A DNA stretch of 64,000 nucleotides, from positions 288,001-352,000 of the forward strand of contig CAVXZB010000019.1 in NCBI GenBank assembly GCA_963765895.1, read 5' to 3'. How positions within the stretch are numbered: the stretch's first letter is position 1; the number at the start of each line of letters is the position of its first letter. Shown here piece by piece: positions 1 to 12,453 of the stretch. Position numbers and translations under genes: made by a program. Origin of the DNA: an uncultured Nitrososphaeraceae archaeon (lineage in GTDB: Archaea; Thermoproteota; Nitrososphaeria; Nitrososphaerales; Nitrososphaeraceae). The notes under the pieces were generated by a model. That model was not told where the DNA came from, ran no database searches, and saw nothing but the letters and a program-made list of their open reading frames with translations.

Positions 1-345
1 GACATTCAGTTCTTAAGACATTCCAAAAACATACAGAATGCCACCGAATACCTTCCTAAATGATAGACTGCTGCTGGAAGTCAATGGTGTTATTTGGTTT
101 TTCTATTGGAAGATATCAACAATCTGGCCTCATCCCCATAGCGCATCGGGATTCCTTTGACAGTCGGAAGATACTTGACTTTCATAAGCCACACTTATGA
201 ACAAAACCCTCACAAGCTATATGTCTATCTATTTTTGGAATGGGTTCTAAACCATCTTGTAGAAACAGATATGGCACTATTATTCGGTTAAGATAATCCA
301 GGGTAGCATAAGTTCATTTATTTATAGTTCATTTTATAGTATTAC

Positions 346-973
346 ATGTCGGAAGCCCCAAACTTAACGCGTCTGGCTTTGATGATATCTGGAAGAGGGT
401 CCAATATGAAAGCGATCCTTGAAGCTATTCAAGCGGGTACCATTGAGAATGTACTTCCAGAGATCGTTGTCTCAAATCGAGCTGACGTGGCGGGCCTTGA
501 AATTGCAAAGAAATTCGGTGTTCCAACAGTCGTTTTCCAAAATAATGAATTAAGGGGATGGGCCTACGATGTACAGATAGCTAACTTATTTGACGATCTC
601 GGCCTAAAAAGATCCTCCATGCTTATTTGTCTTGCAGGATACATGAGAATTTTAAGCAAGGAATTCGTACAAAAATATAAGACGCGAATTCTGAATATTC
701 ATCCATCACTTTTGCCTTCCTTCCCAGGTTTAGATGCACAGAACCAGGCCATTAAATATGGAGTCAAGGTGTCAGGATGTACCAGTACACATTGTAGATG
801 AGGGGGTCGATACGGGCGGGATTCTGATGCAGAAGGCTGTCCGGGTCTATGAGCATGATAATGCAGAGACGCTTTCTGCTAGGATCTTAGAATGGGAACA
901 CACGATCTACCCGAAAGCTATAAACTCTTATTTGAAAGGAAAGATCAAGATTACTAGGGACACAGCGGCTTAA
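346..973 (+). CDS. purN: Phosphoribosylglycinamide formyltransferase (one +1 frameshift near 784)
   Basis: ISGRGSN, LAGYMRIL and LNIHPSLLPSFPG in ORF 346-801; the C-terminus VHIVDEGVDTGGI...EHTIYP continues in ORF 734-973. Confidence 0.93.
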
Positions 974-1078
974 CTTGTATCAACACTTTTGAGGAACACC
1001 TAACCCAATCGTGTCTGGAACTAACGCCTTTGTGTGATGGAAAACAAAATAAAATGGATCCATTGTATTTTTATTGCG

Positions 1079-1937
1079 TTGACTGCACAGATAATCGATG
1101 GTATACACGTTGCAAAACACGTTAAATCAAGGGTTATGAAAGAAATCAATCGCTTGAAGGCTAAGAATACTGAACCTTGCTTAGCTACGGTTCTTGTAGG
1201 AGACGATCTTGCTTCGGCCACTTATATTAAGAACAAACAGAGAGCCGCGATTGAGTTGGGAATGAAAACGAGGGACCTCAGACTCAATTCAAGTTGCACA
1301 CAATCAGAGCTGATAGAATTGATAAAATCACTTAATGATGAAGTAAATGTCCATGGAATACTAGTGCAGCTTCCGCTTCCTGTTCATCTAGACACATATA
1401 TTATCACGAACACTATCAAACCCTCCAAGGATGTGGACGGCCTAACCACCACAAATATAGGTTTGCTTGTTAGCGGCCGTGGCAGCTTAAAGCCATGCAC
1501 CCCTGTGGGCATAATAGAACTGCTGGATCATTATGGCATCAATGTTTCTGGATTACATGTGGTGATAGTAAATAGAAGCCAGCTCGTCGGCAAACCACTT
1601 GCCTTCCTCTTCTTGGAGAGGAACGCTACCGTCACGATCTGTCATTCCAAGTCAAACGATATTCTTAAGGAGATCAAAGACGCAAACTTAGTAGTAACTG
1701 GTGTTGGAAACAGGGAAAAGTTTACGTTGACTGGAGACATGATTACAAATGGTTCTATAGTAGTCGACGTGGGTATCACAAGATACAAAGGAAAATTAGG
1801 TGGGGATGTGGACTATCCCTCTGTAGCACAGAAAGCGAGCATGGATTACTCCGGTGCCTGGAGGTGTAGGTCCAATGACAGTTAGTATGTTGCTAAATAA
1901 TACTTTGATTGCAGCTTCGCTGTCAAGACTTGATTGA
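1079..1937 (+). CDS. folD: Bifunctional methylene-THF dehydrogenase/cyclohydrolase (+1 frameshift near 1841)
   Basis: Yxxx[19 protein letters not shown]; the conserved [13 protein letters not shown] lies in the shifted frame ending at TGA 1937; TTG start at 1079 inferred. Confidence 0.93.
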
Positions 1938-1950
1938 CTAGATTTAGAGG

Positions 1951-2547
1951 ATGGCTCTGGATACTAAATCACATTTGCGTAGGAAATTTCTCGCCAGACG
2001 TAATTCTCTAGCTAGGCCTGAAATTTATGAATTGAGCAATCTAATTCAGAATCGGGTAATTAATTGTTCAGAATTTTTGTCAGCATGTGTAATAGGAAGT
2101 TACTTTCCTATCAATTCGGAGGTGTTGACTCAAAATATCATAAGCGCGTGTCTAGGCAGAAAACAAGTTGGCCTACCGAAGGTAGAAGATGGTGAGATCA
2201 GATTTTATGAGATTGCTCGATTCGATTGGATCGAGCAATTATGTACCGGTAAATATGGCCTCAAGGAGCCTAATGAATCCAAAGAAATATCGGATTCCAT
2301 TAGGTTATTACTAGTCCCTGGAACCGCATTCGATACAAGCGGGCATAGATTGGGGTACGGTAAGGGATATTATGATAGATTCATATCACATTTGAGACGA
2401 TCCGGGATTCCGCTATTTACCATTGGATTGGCGTTTGACTTCCAACTAATGGAGGGGGTATCACTACCATATACAACACTCGACGAACAAGTGGACATGG
2501 TTGTTACGGAACAAAAGATCATAAAGGTAATGAAACCTAACCCATAA
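1951..2547 (+). CDS. 5-formyltetrahydrofolate cyclo-ligase
   Basis: K..LR N-terminus, LVPGTAFD..GHRLGYGKGYYDR, D.VVTE; follows folD. Confidence 0.92.
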   Translation: MALDTKSHLRRKFLARRNSLARPEIYELSNLIQNRVINCSEFLSACVIGSYFPINSEVLTQNIISACLGRKQVGLPKVEDGEIRFYEIARFDWIEQLCTGKYGLKEPNESKEISDSIRLLLVPGTAFDTSGHRLGYGKGYYDRFISHLRRSGIPLFTIGLAFDFQLMEGVSLPYTTLDEQVDMVVTEQKIIKVMKPNP

Positions 2548-3834
2548 CTTTGGCAATATCTTTTCGATAGTACTGTTCATTATTGCCCCAAGAGACCTTT
2601 TCTACAGCCTTGTATGCGCGTGCTGCTGCTGTTTCAAGGTTTGATCCGGTTGCTGTGATTCCTAAGACTCTTCCACTACTCGTCAATAGCTGGTTACTGT
2701 GGTCTCGAATAGTTCCTGAGTGAAATACAGTCACTTTTTCCCCAGGGTCTGAATCAGCTCCCCTAATTATAAACCCGCTCTTATAGTCCCCCGGGTAGCC
2801 TCGCGACGCCATCACTACACATACTGCGTGTTCCAGTCTCCATTCAAATGGCTCCATGGTATCAAGCAATCCATCTAAGGTACCTTGGACATATTGATAA
2901 AGATCTGATTTCATTCTCAACATAATCGGTTGACATTCAGGGTCACCCATCCTAACATTGAATTCCAATAAATATGGATCATTAGTAAACTCCTCCAGCA
3001 TGAGGCCGAAATACAAGAACCCCCTGAAAGGCTCTGAGAAAATCCTAATGCCTCTCATCGTCGGCTCGACAATTTTTTTTATTGTCGTATTGTAGGTTTC
3101 TTCAGAAAAGAATGGCACTGGCGAAAAACTTCCCATACCTCCTGTATTAGGACCCATATCATTTTCTAGGATTCTTTTATAATCCTTTGCCGAAGCAAGC
3201 AATTTGAAGCTCGCTACCGTCGGTTAGAATTATCAATGATAATTCTCTTCCAGTTAATTTCTTTTCAATCAAGATTTTGCTTCCTGCCTCTCCAAATTCC
3301 TTTTTATCCATTATATTTTCAATAGTCTGAAGAGCATCATTGGTATGACTGGTTATAAATACACCCTTTCCAGCAGCAAGTCCGTCAACTTTTATGACTG
3401 TCTCAGAGTCCTTTCCTTTGACGTAATCAGCAGCATCTTTCGCTATTCGAAAAAACACGAAAATCCGCAGTCGGGATGTTATTCTGTTTCATGAACTGTT
3501 TAGAAAAAACTTTGCTTGACTCAAGCATAGCGCCTTCCTTAGAAGGCCCGAGGATCGGAAGATCAGCAACATGAAATGAATCTACAATGCCTTTAGCCAG
3601 AGGAGCTTCCGGCCCGACTATGGTGAGGCAATTATATTTCTTTGCAAATGCAATGAGGCTTGATATATGATTGGCTTCAATTCCAACATTTATGGATGTA
3701 CCGCCATTGCCAGGTGCATGGTAAATATTGTACACATGTTTGCTTTGACGGAGTTTCCATCCCAATGCATGTTCCCGGCCTCCAGAACCTATTATTAAAA
3801 TATTTTTTGGATCCTTATTTGATAACTTTGTCAT
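2537..3834 (-). CDS. purD: Phosphoribosylamine-glycine ligase (two +1 frameshifts, near 3445 and 3210)
   Basis: GSGGREHAL, VGPEAPL, LESSK, KxDGLAAGKGV, GPNTGGMG, EFNVRMGDPE and GGRVL-like motifs spread over three consecutive ORFs. Confidence 0.93.
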
Positions 3835-4209
3835 CTATATCATAATTAATAGCCCTCAAATTAAATTAAGGAGGCTATCGCTGTTGATGAATTTCTATAA
3901 AATACTCCTAGCAGAATATACCGCATTTTTCCAGATTTTCTGTAGAGCATCAATTGAGTGACTTGTAACACACGTTTAACGCACTCATATCTAACAGTGG
4001 TATCAAAACTAGTTTGCTGGAGGGGCCACTAACTTTTAACAGTTAAAACCGAGCTTCTTGAAAATTCCACAGATTCCAATTTCAGGCTCAATAGGGGTAT
4101 CGAATACCATCTTAGGCCTTTTAAATTATCTGATACTATCCGTGATCACTTAAACAAAACCATATTAGGACATATATAGCGATCTCATGCGATATGAAGA
4201 TACGAAATA

Positions 4210-5416
4210 TTGAGAAAAATATTCTTCTTAATCATTCCTATTGTCGCAGGAGCAGGCCTTCTTTATGGTTATAATTACTTCTTCCATCTCATAAACATTC
4301 CATACCCCGGTACAGTATCACCCTCGACAGCACCAAACCCAGCTGGACTTTCCGAGCCTCCCCTAGACAAGAATTCCCATGTGATAGGTAACCTTACATC
4401 AGCACAAAGTAATAGCAACCTGGATCTTCCAAGCTTGTTTAAACAATCACAAGGTTCCGTAGTACAGATAACGGCAATACATGGAGCTGAATCTTCGGAT
4501 AGTGGAAATAGATTGGGTTCAGGATTCGTTTACGATACGAATAGGCACATAGTTACGAATCATCACGTAGTAAGCGGAAACACCATGCTGGATATTACAT
4601 TCTCAGACGGCACTATTTACCGAGCGAGGCTGATGGGTTCGGATCCGTTTACAGATATAGCAGTTTTGTATGTACCGAAGGTCCCTGCGCAAAAACTGAT
4701 ACCTCTCCCACTGGGCAATTCTACGAACATAAAGGTTGGGGAACAGGTAGGCAGCAATTGGCAATCCCTTTGGTTTATCTGGGTCACTAACCGAGGGAGT
4801 CATCAGCGGACTCGGAAGACTCCTTCCTTCAAATTCCAATTCAAGTTCGCGTTATTCCATACCAGATATAATTCAAACCGATGCGCCTATTAATCCGGGT
4901 AATTCTGGAGGCCCGCTTCTTAACATGAGGGGCGAGGTTGTGGGAATGACCTCCGCAATCTTCTCAAATACAGGTGAATTTTCTGGAGTTGGTTTAGCAA
5001 TATCCTCTGATACCATGAAAAAGGTGATCCCATTATTGATAACAAATGGCACATACGCCCACCCCTGGTTAGGCATCACTGGAACCAATATGACGCCAGA
5101 ACTTGCAACTGCTCTAGGCCTTAAAAATCCAAGAGGTTTCTTGGTTATTGACGTGATTCCCGGAAGTCCGGCTGCGAACGCTGGTATACGTGGCGGAGAA
5201 CAATTAGTTAGCATAAATGGTCAGCAGATACCCTTAGGAGGTGATCTCATCCTGCAAATTGGCGACACACCAGTAAGAAAAATAGACGATGTTCTTACTT
5301 ACTTAGAACGCTATAAAATGATAGGGGATACTGCAGACCTCAAAATCCTACGGGAGGGTCAAGAAAGGAATGTACTTGTTAAGTTGACAGCTAGGCCAAT
5401 TTCACTGATTCAATAA
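4210..5416 (+). CDS. Membrane-anchored HtrA/DegP-like serine protease with PDZ domain (+1 frameshift near 4750)
   Basis: N-terminal TM, GSGF, TNHHVV, DIAVL; IGNPFG and QTDAPINPGNSGGPL in the shifted frame; PDZ motifs WLGI, GSPAANAGIRGG. Confidence 0.9.
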
Positions 5417-5503
5417 GATGTTTAACAATGCAAAGGAATTCTAAAACCTATATCAGGAGGCTACAGACAAAACTAATATGCCGTCACCGATCAACCAAGT
5501 TTA

Positions 5504-5809
5504 TTGAAGGATTATGATCACTACATCATTTGGTTAGACTATTTTAATAAAAGTCTGTCAAGGGGCAATGGCCGTAAACTTAAGCGGGAGTTTTCTGTAT
5601 TTGATCCAACACTCGAAGATCTCATCGATGCTGCTAGATCTGTTGGTTATGGGCCACCACGTGAGGATACTAACGATCATGCGAGATATCCTAGGCGACC
5701 TTTTGTAAGGTCTGGCTATGTAATGCTTCCCAAGAAGGAAAAAAAATCTACTCTAATTCAATCAATAGCAGAAAAACTGATCCAAAAAAAGAACAAGAAT
5801 AAAATATAA
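5504..5809 (+). CDS. srp19: Signal recognition particle protein SRP19
   Basis: IIWLDYFN.SLSRGNGRK, DPTLEDL, ARYPR, basic tail. Confidence 0.88.
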   Translation: MKDYDHYIIWLDYFNKSLSRGNGRKLKREFSVFDPTLEDLIDAARSVGYGPPREDTNDHARYPRRPFVRSGYVMLPKKEKKSTLIQSIAEKLIQKKNKNKI

Positions 5810-5904
5810 AACCGTTAAACCCCTAGCCCCCTAAAGCAAACGATCGAAGTAATATATCAAGTCACTATTCTTTATATAAAGGACTTTGTACACCCTTTCT
5901 CGGC

Positions 5905-6216
5905 TTGTTACTCATTGGTGAGGTAATACATTTAGCAGGGAGTGGCAGGTTCGTTGTTAAATTATTCGAGGCAGGCTTTAGAGTGCGCAGCGGCGAAATA
6001 CTATATGATGAATCCGGAAGGCGAACAGGAAAGGTAATTGAAACGATAGGTCCTGTTTCCGCCCCATATGCTTCTGTCATACCCTTAATAGATCGCCCAA
6101 AAAAGGCAGTGGGCGCAAAACTATTTTCTGGCAACGCAAAACACGTTAAAGTTACTCGCAGAAGGAATTTTGGAAAGAAGAGAATCCCTTCCAGAAAGCC
6201 CAATAAGGCTATTTGA
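5905..6216 (+). CDS. gar1: H/ACA RNP component Gar1
   Basis: GKVIETIGPVSAPY beta-barrel motif, basic tail, next to SRP19. Confidence 0.85.
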   Translation: MLLIGEVIHLAGSGRFVVKLFEAGFRVRSGEILYDESGRRTGKVIETIGPVSAPYASVIPLIDRPKKAVGAKLFSGNAKHVKVTRRRNFGKKRIPSRKPNKAI

Positions 6217-6348
6217 GCTAGCATTTTTGCGTCAGTTGTATTCTTGTATGTTCGGAATACGATTAAAGGATACATATTTGGTATTAATTTAAACAGCGAT
6301 TTGAATTTGCGTGATGATATGCCCGATTAGTGCTTTTATGAATTTTAT

Positions 6349-7263
6349 CTAATACTTGTGCGCTAGTCCCACAATATCTCGAACATTTCTAAATCCCTTA
6401 TTTTCTAAATAATTCCTAATTCCCCTTGAAATCGACTTAAAGATACCAATACCTTTATTCCCAATGCCGCTACCAACTTGCACAGCCGAAGCCCCAGCCA
6501 ACAAGAACTCAACTGCGTCTTCCCACGTGAAAATTCCACCGCACCCAATTACCGGTATTCCAAGTTTTTTTGATATTTCATATACACACCTTACTGCTAC
6601 TGGCTTTATTGACCTGCCAGATAGTCCACCAATTCCATTACTTAGTATAGGCGACCCAGTTTGCACATTGATTGCCATTGCTCTAATCGTATTGATGGCA
6701 GTCACACCGCTTGCCTTTTCATCCCTTGCTACTTCAGCAAGCTTGAGGATATCTATATTCCCTACTCCTAGTTTTATAAAAAATGGTTTTGGTGTATTAA
6801 CTCTCACTTGTCTAACGATACTTCTAACCATTTCAAGATCGTCACCGACTTCCATCCCCATTTTCTTTACGTGTGGGCAAGAGAGATTAATTTCAAAACC
6901 TAGTATATTCAATTTATCTAGGCGCTTAACCATATGAACGAAATCTTTTTGATGAGATCCAACAAGGCTCAAAATTAAAGGTGTCTTATTTGCTTGAATT
7001 TCCTTAGCAAAGGCTTCGAACCCCGGATTAGCCAATCCAACTGCGTTGATATAGCTTTTTCCGTCAAGATCTATTACGGTGGGATTACGATATCCCTCTA
7101 TGGGCGAATTGCTCAAGGATTTTGAAACTAAACAGCCTGCTCCTGAGCGATAAATCCTATCTAAGAACTTCTGGCTAATTCCCAGGAAACCAGATGCCAG
7201 CATTGTCGGGTTTCGGAGTTCTAATTCGGCAAACTTCACAGTTAAAGATTCTGAGCCTATCAT
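6349..7263 (-). CDS. pyrD: Dihydroorotate dehydrogenase, catalytic subunit
   Basis: NPTMLASG, NAVGLANPG, EINLSCPH, GGLSG..IKP, GCGGI, AGASAVQVG. Confidence 0.95.
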   Translation of the reverse strand: MIGSESLTVKFAELELRNPTMLASGFLGISQKFLDRIYRSGAGCLVSKSLSNSPIEGYRNPTVIDLDGKSYINAVGLANPGFEAFAKEIQANKTPLILSLVGSHQKDFVHMVKRLDKLNILGFEINLSCPHVKKMGMEVGDDLEMVRSIVRQVRVNTPKPFFIKLGVGNIDILKLAEVARDEKASGVTAINTIRAMAINVQTGSPILSNGIGGLSGRSIKPVAVRCVYEISKKLGIPVIGCGGIFTWEDAVEFLLAGASAVQVGSGIGNKGIGIFKSISRGIRNYLENKGFRNVRDIVGLAHKY

Positions 7264-7429
7264 ATCAAATGGACCACAAAGTTAGATCGTAAGGTCTAGA
7301 TAGCATTACAGTAATAATAACATGTTTGATGGATTGCACATGGCAATGTATGAAGCCTGGGTAATTATCAACGTTAGGGTCTATTTACTATCAGTATATA
7401 TTTGTGACACAGAAGACACCGGTGACATT

Positions 7430-8261
7430 ATGAAATTGGCGTTCAGTTCGAATGCATTCAAAGCCTATTCCCTTGAAGCAAGCATTAAAGAAATCAGGGC
7501 TATAGGTTATCAAGGAGTAGAAATTTTGTGCGATTACCCACACGCATATCCACCAGATATGACGTTAGACCAAAGTAGGAGCGTTAAAGGCTTCATTGAT
7601 CGAAAATCATTTGAATATCTCCAACCTAAACGCGTTTTCTCTATATGCAATAAATGACGTATACCATCCGTCTTGGATAGATCCTTCTGTGAAGCAGAGA
7701 AAGTTACGAATTCAGCATACCGTAAACTGTATCAGACTAGCAAGCGAACTTGGGGCTAAAAGTCTGTCTACAGAACCTGGGGGAACCTATGATAAAAATA
7801 GAGATAGTATCCAAAATTTGATGAAAATATTTGCTAATGGTATATCAGAGGTTGCCGTTGAGGCTGAGAAGAATAACGTCATGATTTTAGTAGAACCTGA
7901 ACCGAATTTGCTACTTGAAACTTCAAAGGATTTCCTAGAATTCATAAAAGAAATAAATTCTAGTCATGTTGGGTTAAATTTCGATATAGGCCACTTCTTC
8001 TGTGTAAGAGAGGACCCATCAGAAATGGTATATAAACTCGCTGACTTCATTGGCCATATCCATCTGGCAGATATTGCCGATAATAGAATACACAACCATC
8101 TAATCCCTGGCGAAGGCGCCATTAACTTCAGGGCGGTTCTGAAGGCGATTTCAGACATTGGATATAATGGGTTTATAACAGTTGAGTTATATCCCTATCA
8201 GCACGACCCGATCTACGCTGCAAAAGAAGCGTACAATTATCTCAATAGTATCATCCACTAA
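7430..8261 (+). CDS. Sugar phosphate isomerase/epimerase (AP-endonuclease-2-like TIM barrel; +1 frameshift near 7590)
   Basis: GYQGVE, VEPEP, FDIGH, HIHLAD, HLIPGEG, GYNGFITVE. Confidence 0.85.
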
Positions 8262-8436
8262 CGTTTTATTTACTTCAGGAAATCTGCATGGGGATTAAAT
8301 TAAGAGATGTAAACGATCCTACTTTTTAGTTAGACACTCATTAGACATTAAATTACGACATTCCGGACATCTTGAATTGCATCAAATTAATTGAGTAGTA
8401 TTTCAGTTTTAATAGAAAATTACAAGAGTACAACCG

Positions 8437-9427
8437 TCAGTCTCTGGATTTGTTTTCTAAAGATATAACAGCAGCCAAATAGATCCCTATCCATGGTAAA
8501 AACATTATTTCACCGGCAAAAGAGTGAAACGCCTCCCACTCCTTCACGTTAGACGTTACTGTAATTGCGACCATAGACAATGAAACAATTCTCAATATAT
8601 TGACCGAGGCTGTTCCCAGGATGCCTACTACAAAATAAATGAGCATATGACTTACTGGGATTCGTAATCTAAATAGAATAGATAGCATCACCAGAGAGTA
8701 GATGATTACGCTCTGAACGCCAGCCGAAGGCCAAAAGACCTGCAAGTAGAACGGACCGTGAAAACCCTTCAAAACAAGCAAATTGCCACTGGCTGACGCG
8801 GGAACATCATTCCCAAGATATACAACATGACCTCCAATGAAGCGCAAGATAAATTGATCAAATTGCAGGTAAGCAGGAACGATCATCTGCAGTGGACCAA
8901 GAGAATCGTACGGAAAGAAAGAATCTAATGACAGGATTACTGTATTTCCCACAAGATATACTAATCCAGCAGACGCTATCTTGTACCAATTCTTTCCTAG
9001 AAGCAAAAATAGAGATGCCACTGTATAAATTGTCGCTGCAAAGTCACTCGGACATTAAAATCCAACTATTTACTATTGCAACTTTATATGAGTGTCCGAT
9101 GGAGGTGATCAATCGGTCTAAACCCAAAGGTAGAGCTATGAGATATGATATGGTAAGGCCGGAAAATAGTGCGATAAGAAGAACCCTCGCAGCGGAAACG
9201 CGAAAATTAGTCCCTGCAATTTCAGCAAGAATAAAGGCCGCAGCAAAAGCAAAACCAGCGTGGCCTATATTCCAAGATAGTAGGAAAGATTGCGGAAAAA
9301 GCACAAAACAAGCTAAGAACGGACTAACAACAATGATACAAACACATAATCGATAAATATCCCTAGATTGTAACCGAATTTTCTTAATCATAGTAGGAAT
9401 ATACTTTCCAGTTCGACCCTTACGCAA
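8437..9427 (-). CDS. Thaumarchaeosortase (exosortase/archaeosortase family; +1 frameshift near 9045)
   Basis: Multi-pass membrane protein with VFWPSAGVQS, NILRI and FH motifs at the C/R/H triad positions, with Ser at the usual Cys site. Confidence 0.8.
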
Positions 9428-9603
9428 CCATTAGGTAAGTTTTGCTTCGAAAATAAAAACCTATGAATATCCCTTGGACATATGTAGGTAGACTAATACT
9501 GGACGTCCTTTGCTAGTACCATTGTTACTTAGTGAAGACTTATGATTTGAAAAGGATGAACCATTGTACGATTTAAACTATGATTACTACACTTACTAAC
9601 GAT

Positions 9604-10213
9604 TTAGCTCTGCAATTTCGTAAAATATTTTCCTGATTCTCGGGCAATTAACTTGGCAAGTCTTATGGGTTCTGGAATTGAACCTTGAAGGGTGAAGGAA
9701 TTTAAAAGAGCGATAACTGTTTCATAAGATGAACCCCAATATCGAATAAAAATTTTCTTTCCCGTTCTAAGAAGTACCTGGTTCTCTGTCACCAAGAATA
9801 TTGTATCTACTCAATTTATTCGTAATTCCGCTTGAAAAATGATGTCGTATCGAACCCTCCAGCCCCATTGAATCTCTGAAAGTTATGGCGATTACAGGAA
9901 GACCAGTGGCATCAGATAATTCTCTACCATCAATTATGTTGTACATGCTAACTATTACTCCGTCTAAAAAAATGCAACTGATGTCAGTACGTTTCAATTT
10001 CTTCCACATATTCACTATGTTATCAGTGGCATCATCTCCTTCAATTGTTGAACTTCCAAACGACAGGCCATCTACTACCAAGTCGCGCCGCATTACAATT
10101 CCTGACCAGTTTGACCTTGTATTTATTTGACTGAAACTTTCGGCTACTCCAAACACCCTAATACCCTTCTTGTCAACATGGATCTGCTTCAGTTTTATTT
10201 CGTCGATGTACAT
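9604..10213 (-). CDS. DUF99 family protein (endonuclease V-like fold; +1 frameshift near 9780)
   Basis: GIRVFGVAES, EGDDAT, LDG....YNIID, PEPIRLAKLIA. Confidence 0.82.
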
Positions 10214-10382
10214 CAGCGTATCTCAGGAGATTAATGTTTGCGTAGACTCTAGACTAAACGTATCGACGTTGCAATCGTTATTTTATCACGGCCAGTATAC
10301 AAGCCTGGTCCTCCCGTTAGATTAGCTCATTCTTTAATATGAAATGATGGCGAATTTGATAAGACTATATATTCGCAGCGCA

Positions 10383-10934
10383 CTACAGATCAACACTACC
10401 TGATCTTGTTATAATATAAAATGCGTGCGCCGAGATGAGAAAGCCCGCGAGAGTCATCTTCGTTGCAAAAACAAGATTCCAAGGAGTGTCTGGGTTAGGA
10501 TAGGAAATGCTAATATCGTCCAGGTTCAAATGACCCTTTGCCAAGTTAAATGTTATTAGAGAACTCCAGACAAGGAAATTGTAAACAAACTCGTAGAGTG
10601 CGATAACACATGCAACAATAATTACAAGTTGTAGGATTAACCTAGCCGAATTTGGTAAATTAGAAAGCTTCCGCCCGACGAGCTTCATACCGGAATACCA
10701 GGAAATAACGGAGAAGACCATTAAATATGTCACAAGCTTTGCAACGCCATGAATCGGAAAGTCAGTACTTACTATCACTTGACCAATGATCACCATCTTT
10801 GTTTTAGTATATTGAAGAGCGCTGGCATAGGCACCGTAGAAACAGATGAGGAGCATGGAAATCGTAGAGAAATAAAAAATAATAATGTAAATGTTCAACT
10901 TCGGTATGGCGGAAGATAGACTAAGGTTATGCAT
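10383..10934 (-). CDS. Hypothetical membrane protein (about 4 TM)
   Basis: Hydrophobic segments, YPNPDTPWNLVFATK motif; 183-aa ORF. Confidence 0.7.
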   Translation of the reverse strand: MHNLSLSSAIPKLNIYIIIFYFSTISMLLICFYGAYASALQYTKTKMVIIGQVIVSTDFPIHGVAKLVTYLMVFSVISWYSGMKLVGRKLSNLPNSARLILQLVIIVACVIALYEFVYNFLVWSSLITFNLAKGHLNLDDISISYPNPDTPWNLVFATKMTLAGFLISAHAFYIITRSGSVDL

Positions 10935-11494
10935 GCGTACTGTAATTCATGCTTATTTATCTAATATAAAAATAGGCTTTGAGACAGGAATTGGTTCGCT
11001 AGTATTAAATAGCAAAACACTTGATTTAATGGAGATGAGTGACTGTTCTCAAGCGTATTCTCGAGTAATGTACTCATTGAACTCTACCGTTAATGTTGTT
11101 AAATTCATACATATGTAAAGGGTTAGTTCAAAAGGATAGATTAGATGTAATGAATGTAACATATTCTAGACTGGCTCCAGCGCCACTCCTTGGAATTACA
11201 ATAACATACGCCTATCGCAACAGACTCCAAGTGGAACGAACCTTGTCGCGACATGCGCATAATTGAATAGCAAATTTTACTAGGTCCGGTTAATCCCTAA
11301 GGATCCAGTAACACGCTACTACCAGCTAGGTGAACCCCATTCAAAATAATGCAGGTGAAAACAGTATTTTATCTCTGACTCATTGCCGGAGTCCACATCC
11401 GTCTTATAACATTAATAGCCAGAACTCAAGATGTGGTTGATACTATCTTATTGTTAAGAGCTTTATTATCTTCGGTCGGCATAATTCAAGTGAT

Positions 11495-11511
11495 GAGCGG
11501 GCCCGTCGGGA
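11495..11511 (+). repeat. Attachment-site direct repeat (copy of the tRNA-Lys 3' end)
   Basis: GAGCGGGCCCGTCGGGA, identical to 20534-20550. Confidence 0.9.
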
Positions 11512-11812
11512 TTAGTGCTTATATCGGTGCAAAGAAGAGATTCCCAGTTAATGAAACGACAATAAATTTAACACGTCGGAATTTTCAAGACGTCCAGCAT
11601 AATTATATCGGAAAAAGGGTTATAATAAGATAGGAACGATGCCAGATTATAAATATTTTGTCAAACGAGACACCAGATGTATAGACTGACAGTTCGATAT
11701 CCATGTGCGTTGAATAGATAAGACTTCATGTGTGTATCAGCCATTGACACGCGCTTATACCCTCACTGTTCAATGTGCTGCTGCACGCACGCCGTTTGAA
11801 CAGATCCGCTAC

Positions 11813-11992
11813 TTATGCCACTTGATGTAAGCAACATGCTGTAGCGGCCGGCGCTAAACCCCCCATTAAGCCTGCAAGTTTTCCGTCAGCCACTCCATGC
11901 TTAAAGCCAGATTGATAAGCTGTCTCTACATAAACAATAGGCGCGCCTATCAACAGACATTCTACCAATACGCTTAGGAATATTGCCTTAAT
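11813..11992 (-). pseudogene. Degenerate member of the secreted YxxG(Y/F)xxG family
   Basis: Manual translation IKAIFLSVLVECLLIGAPIVYVETAYQSGFKHGVADGK...; ATT where the start codon is expected; second half of the domain missing. Confidence 0.65.
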
Positions 11993-12039
11993 TTATGGGT
12001 CGCCTCGATCCATCAACAACTCACAACTACTATCAGCGC

Positions 12040-12453
12040 CTAGTTACCCGGGTATAACGGTTGTGAGCAGTTCATGTCGAACCCAGGTATACTATTTTGA
12101 GCAGTATGATTTACACTACAATACCCAAGGATATATCCATTGATAAATTCCCCTGTACGATTTGTTATCTCATTACCTGCAAACTGCCCGCTTTTTGCGT
12201 TGGCAATACCCTGTTTATACCCCATTGGTAAATCTGATTCGTTTATGACATCACATGCTAAGTGATTGTCTTGGCCTACTTCTTCGCATTGCCCATAATG
12301 TTCTCCGGGGGAAAGTTTAGCGAAGCCAGATACATCATCTCCTGATGCACTCTTACTACCTGGCGGCATTGTATTAGAGGTATGTTCAGCGCTTACACTC
12401 TGTGCGCCTATCATTAGTATGATAACTGCAAGTGCGATAATTATTGCCTTCAT
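12040..12453 (-). CDS. Secreted Cys-containing protein, YxxG(Y/F)xxG family
   Basis: Signal peptide MKAIIIALAVIILMIGAQSVSA; GYKQGIANA...EFINGYILGYCSV. Confidence 0.8.
   Translation of the reverse strand: MKAIIIALAVIILMIGAQSVSAEHTSNTMPPGSKSASGDDVSGFAKLSPGEHYGQCEEVGQDNHLACDVINESDLPMGYKQGIANAKSGQFAGNEITNRTGEFINGYILGYCSVNHTAQNSIPGFDMNCSQPLYPGN

Noticed and set aside
346-10213. Programmed frameshifting or genome decay of purine/folate genes
   Set aside because: No common slippery sequence, no nonsense codons or deletions; uniform +1 events fit sequencing error better.
11433-11633. 66-aa ORF
   Set aside because: Spans the att site, so it is chimeric across the element boundary; no recognisable features.
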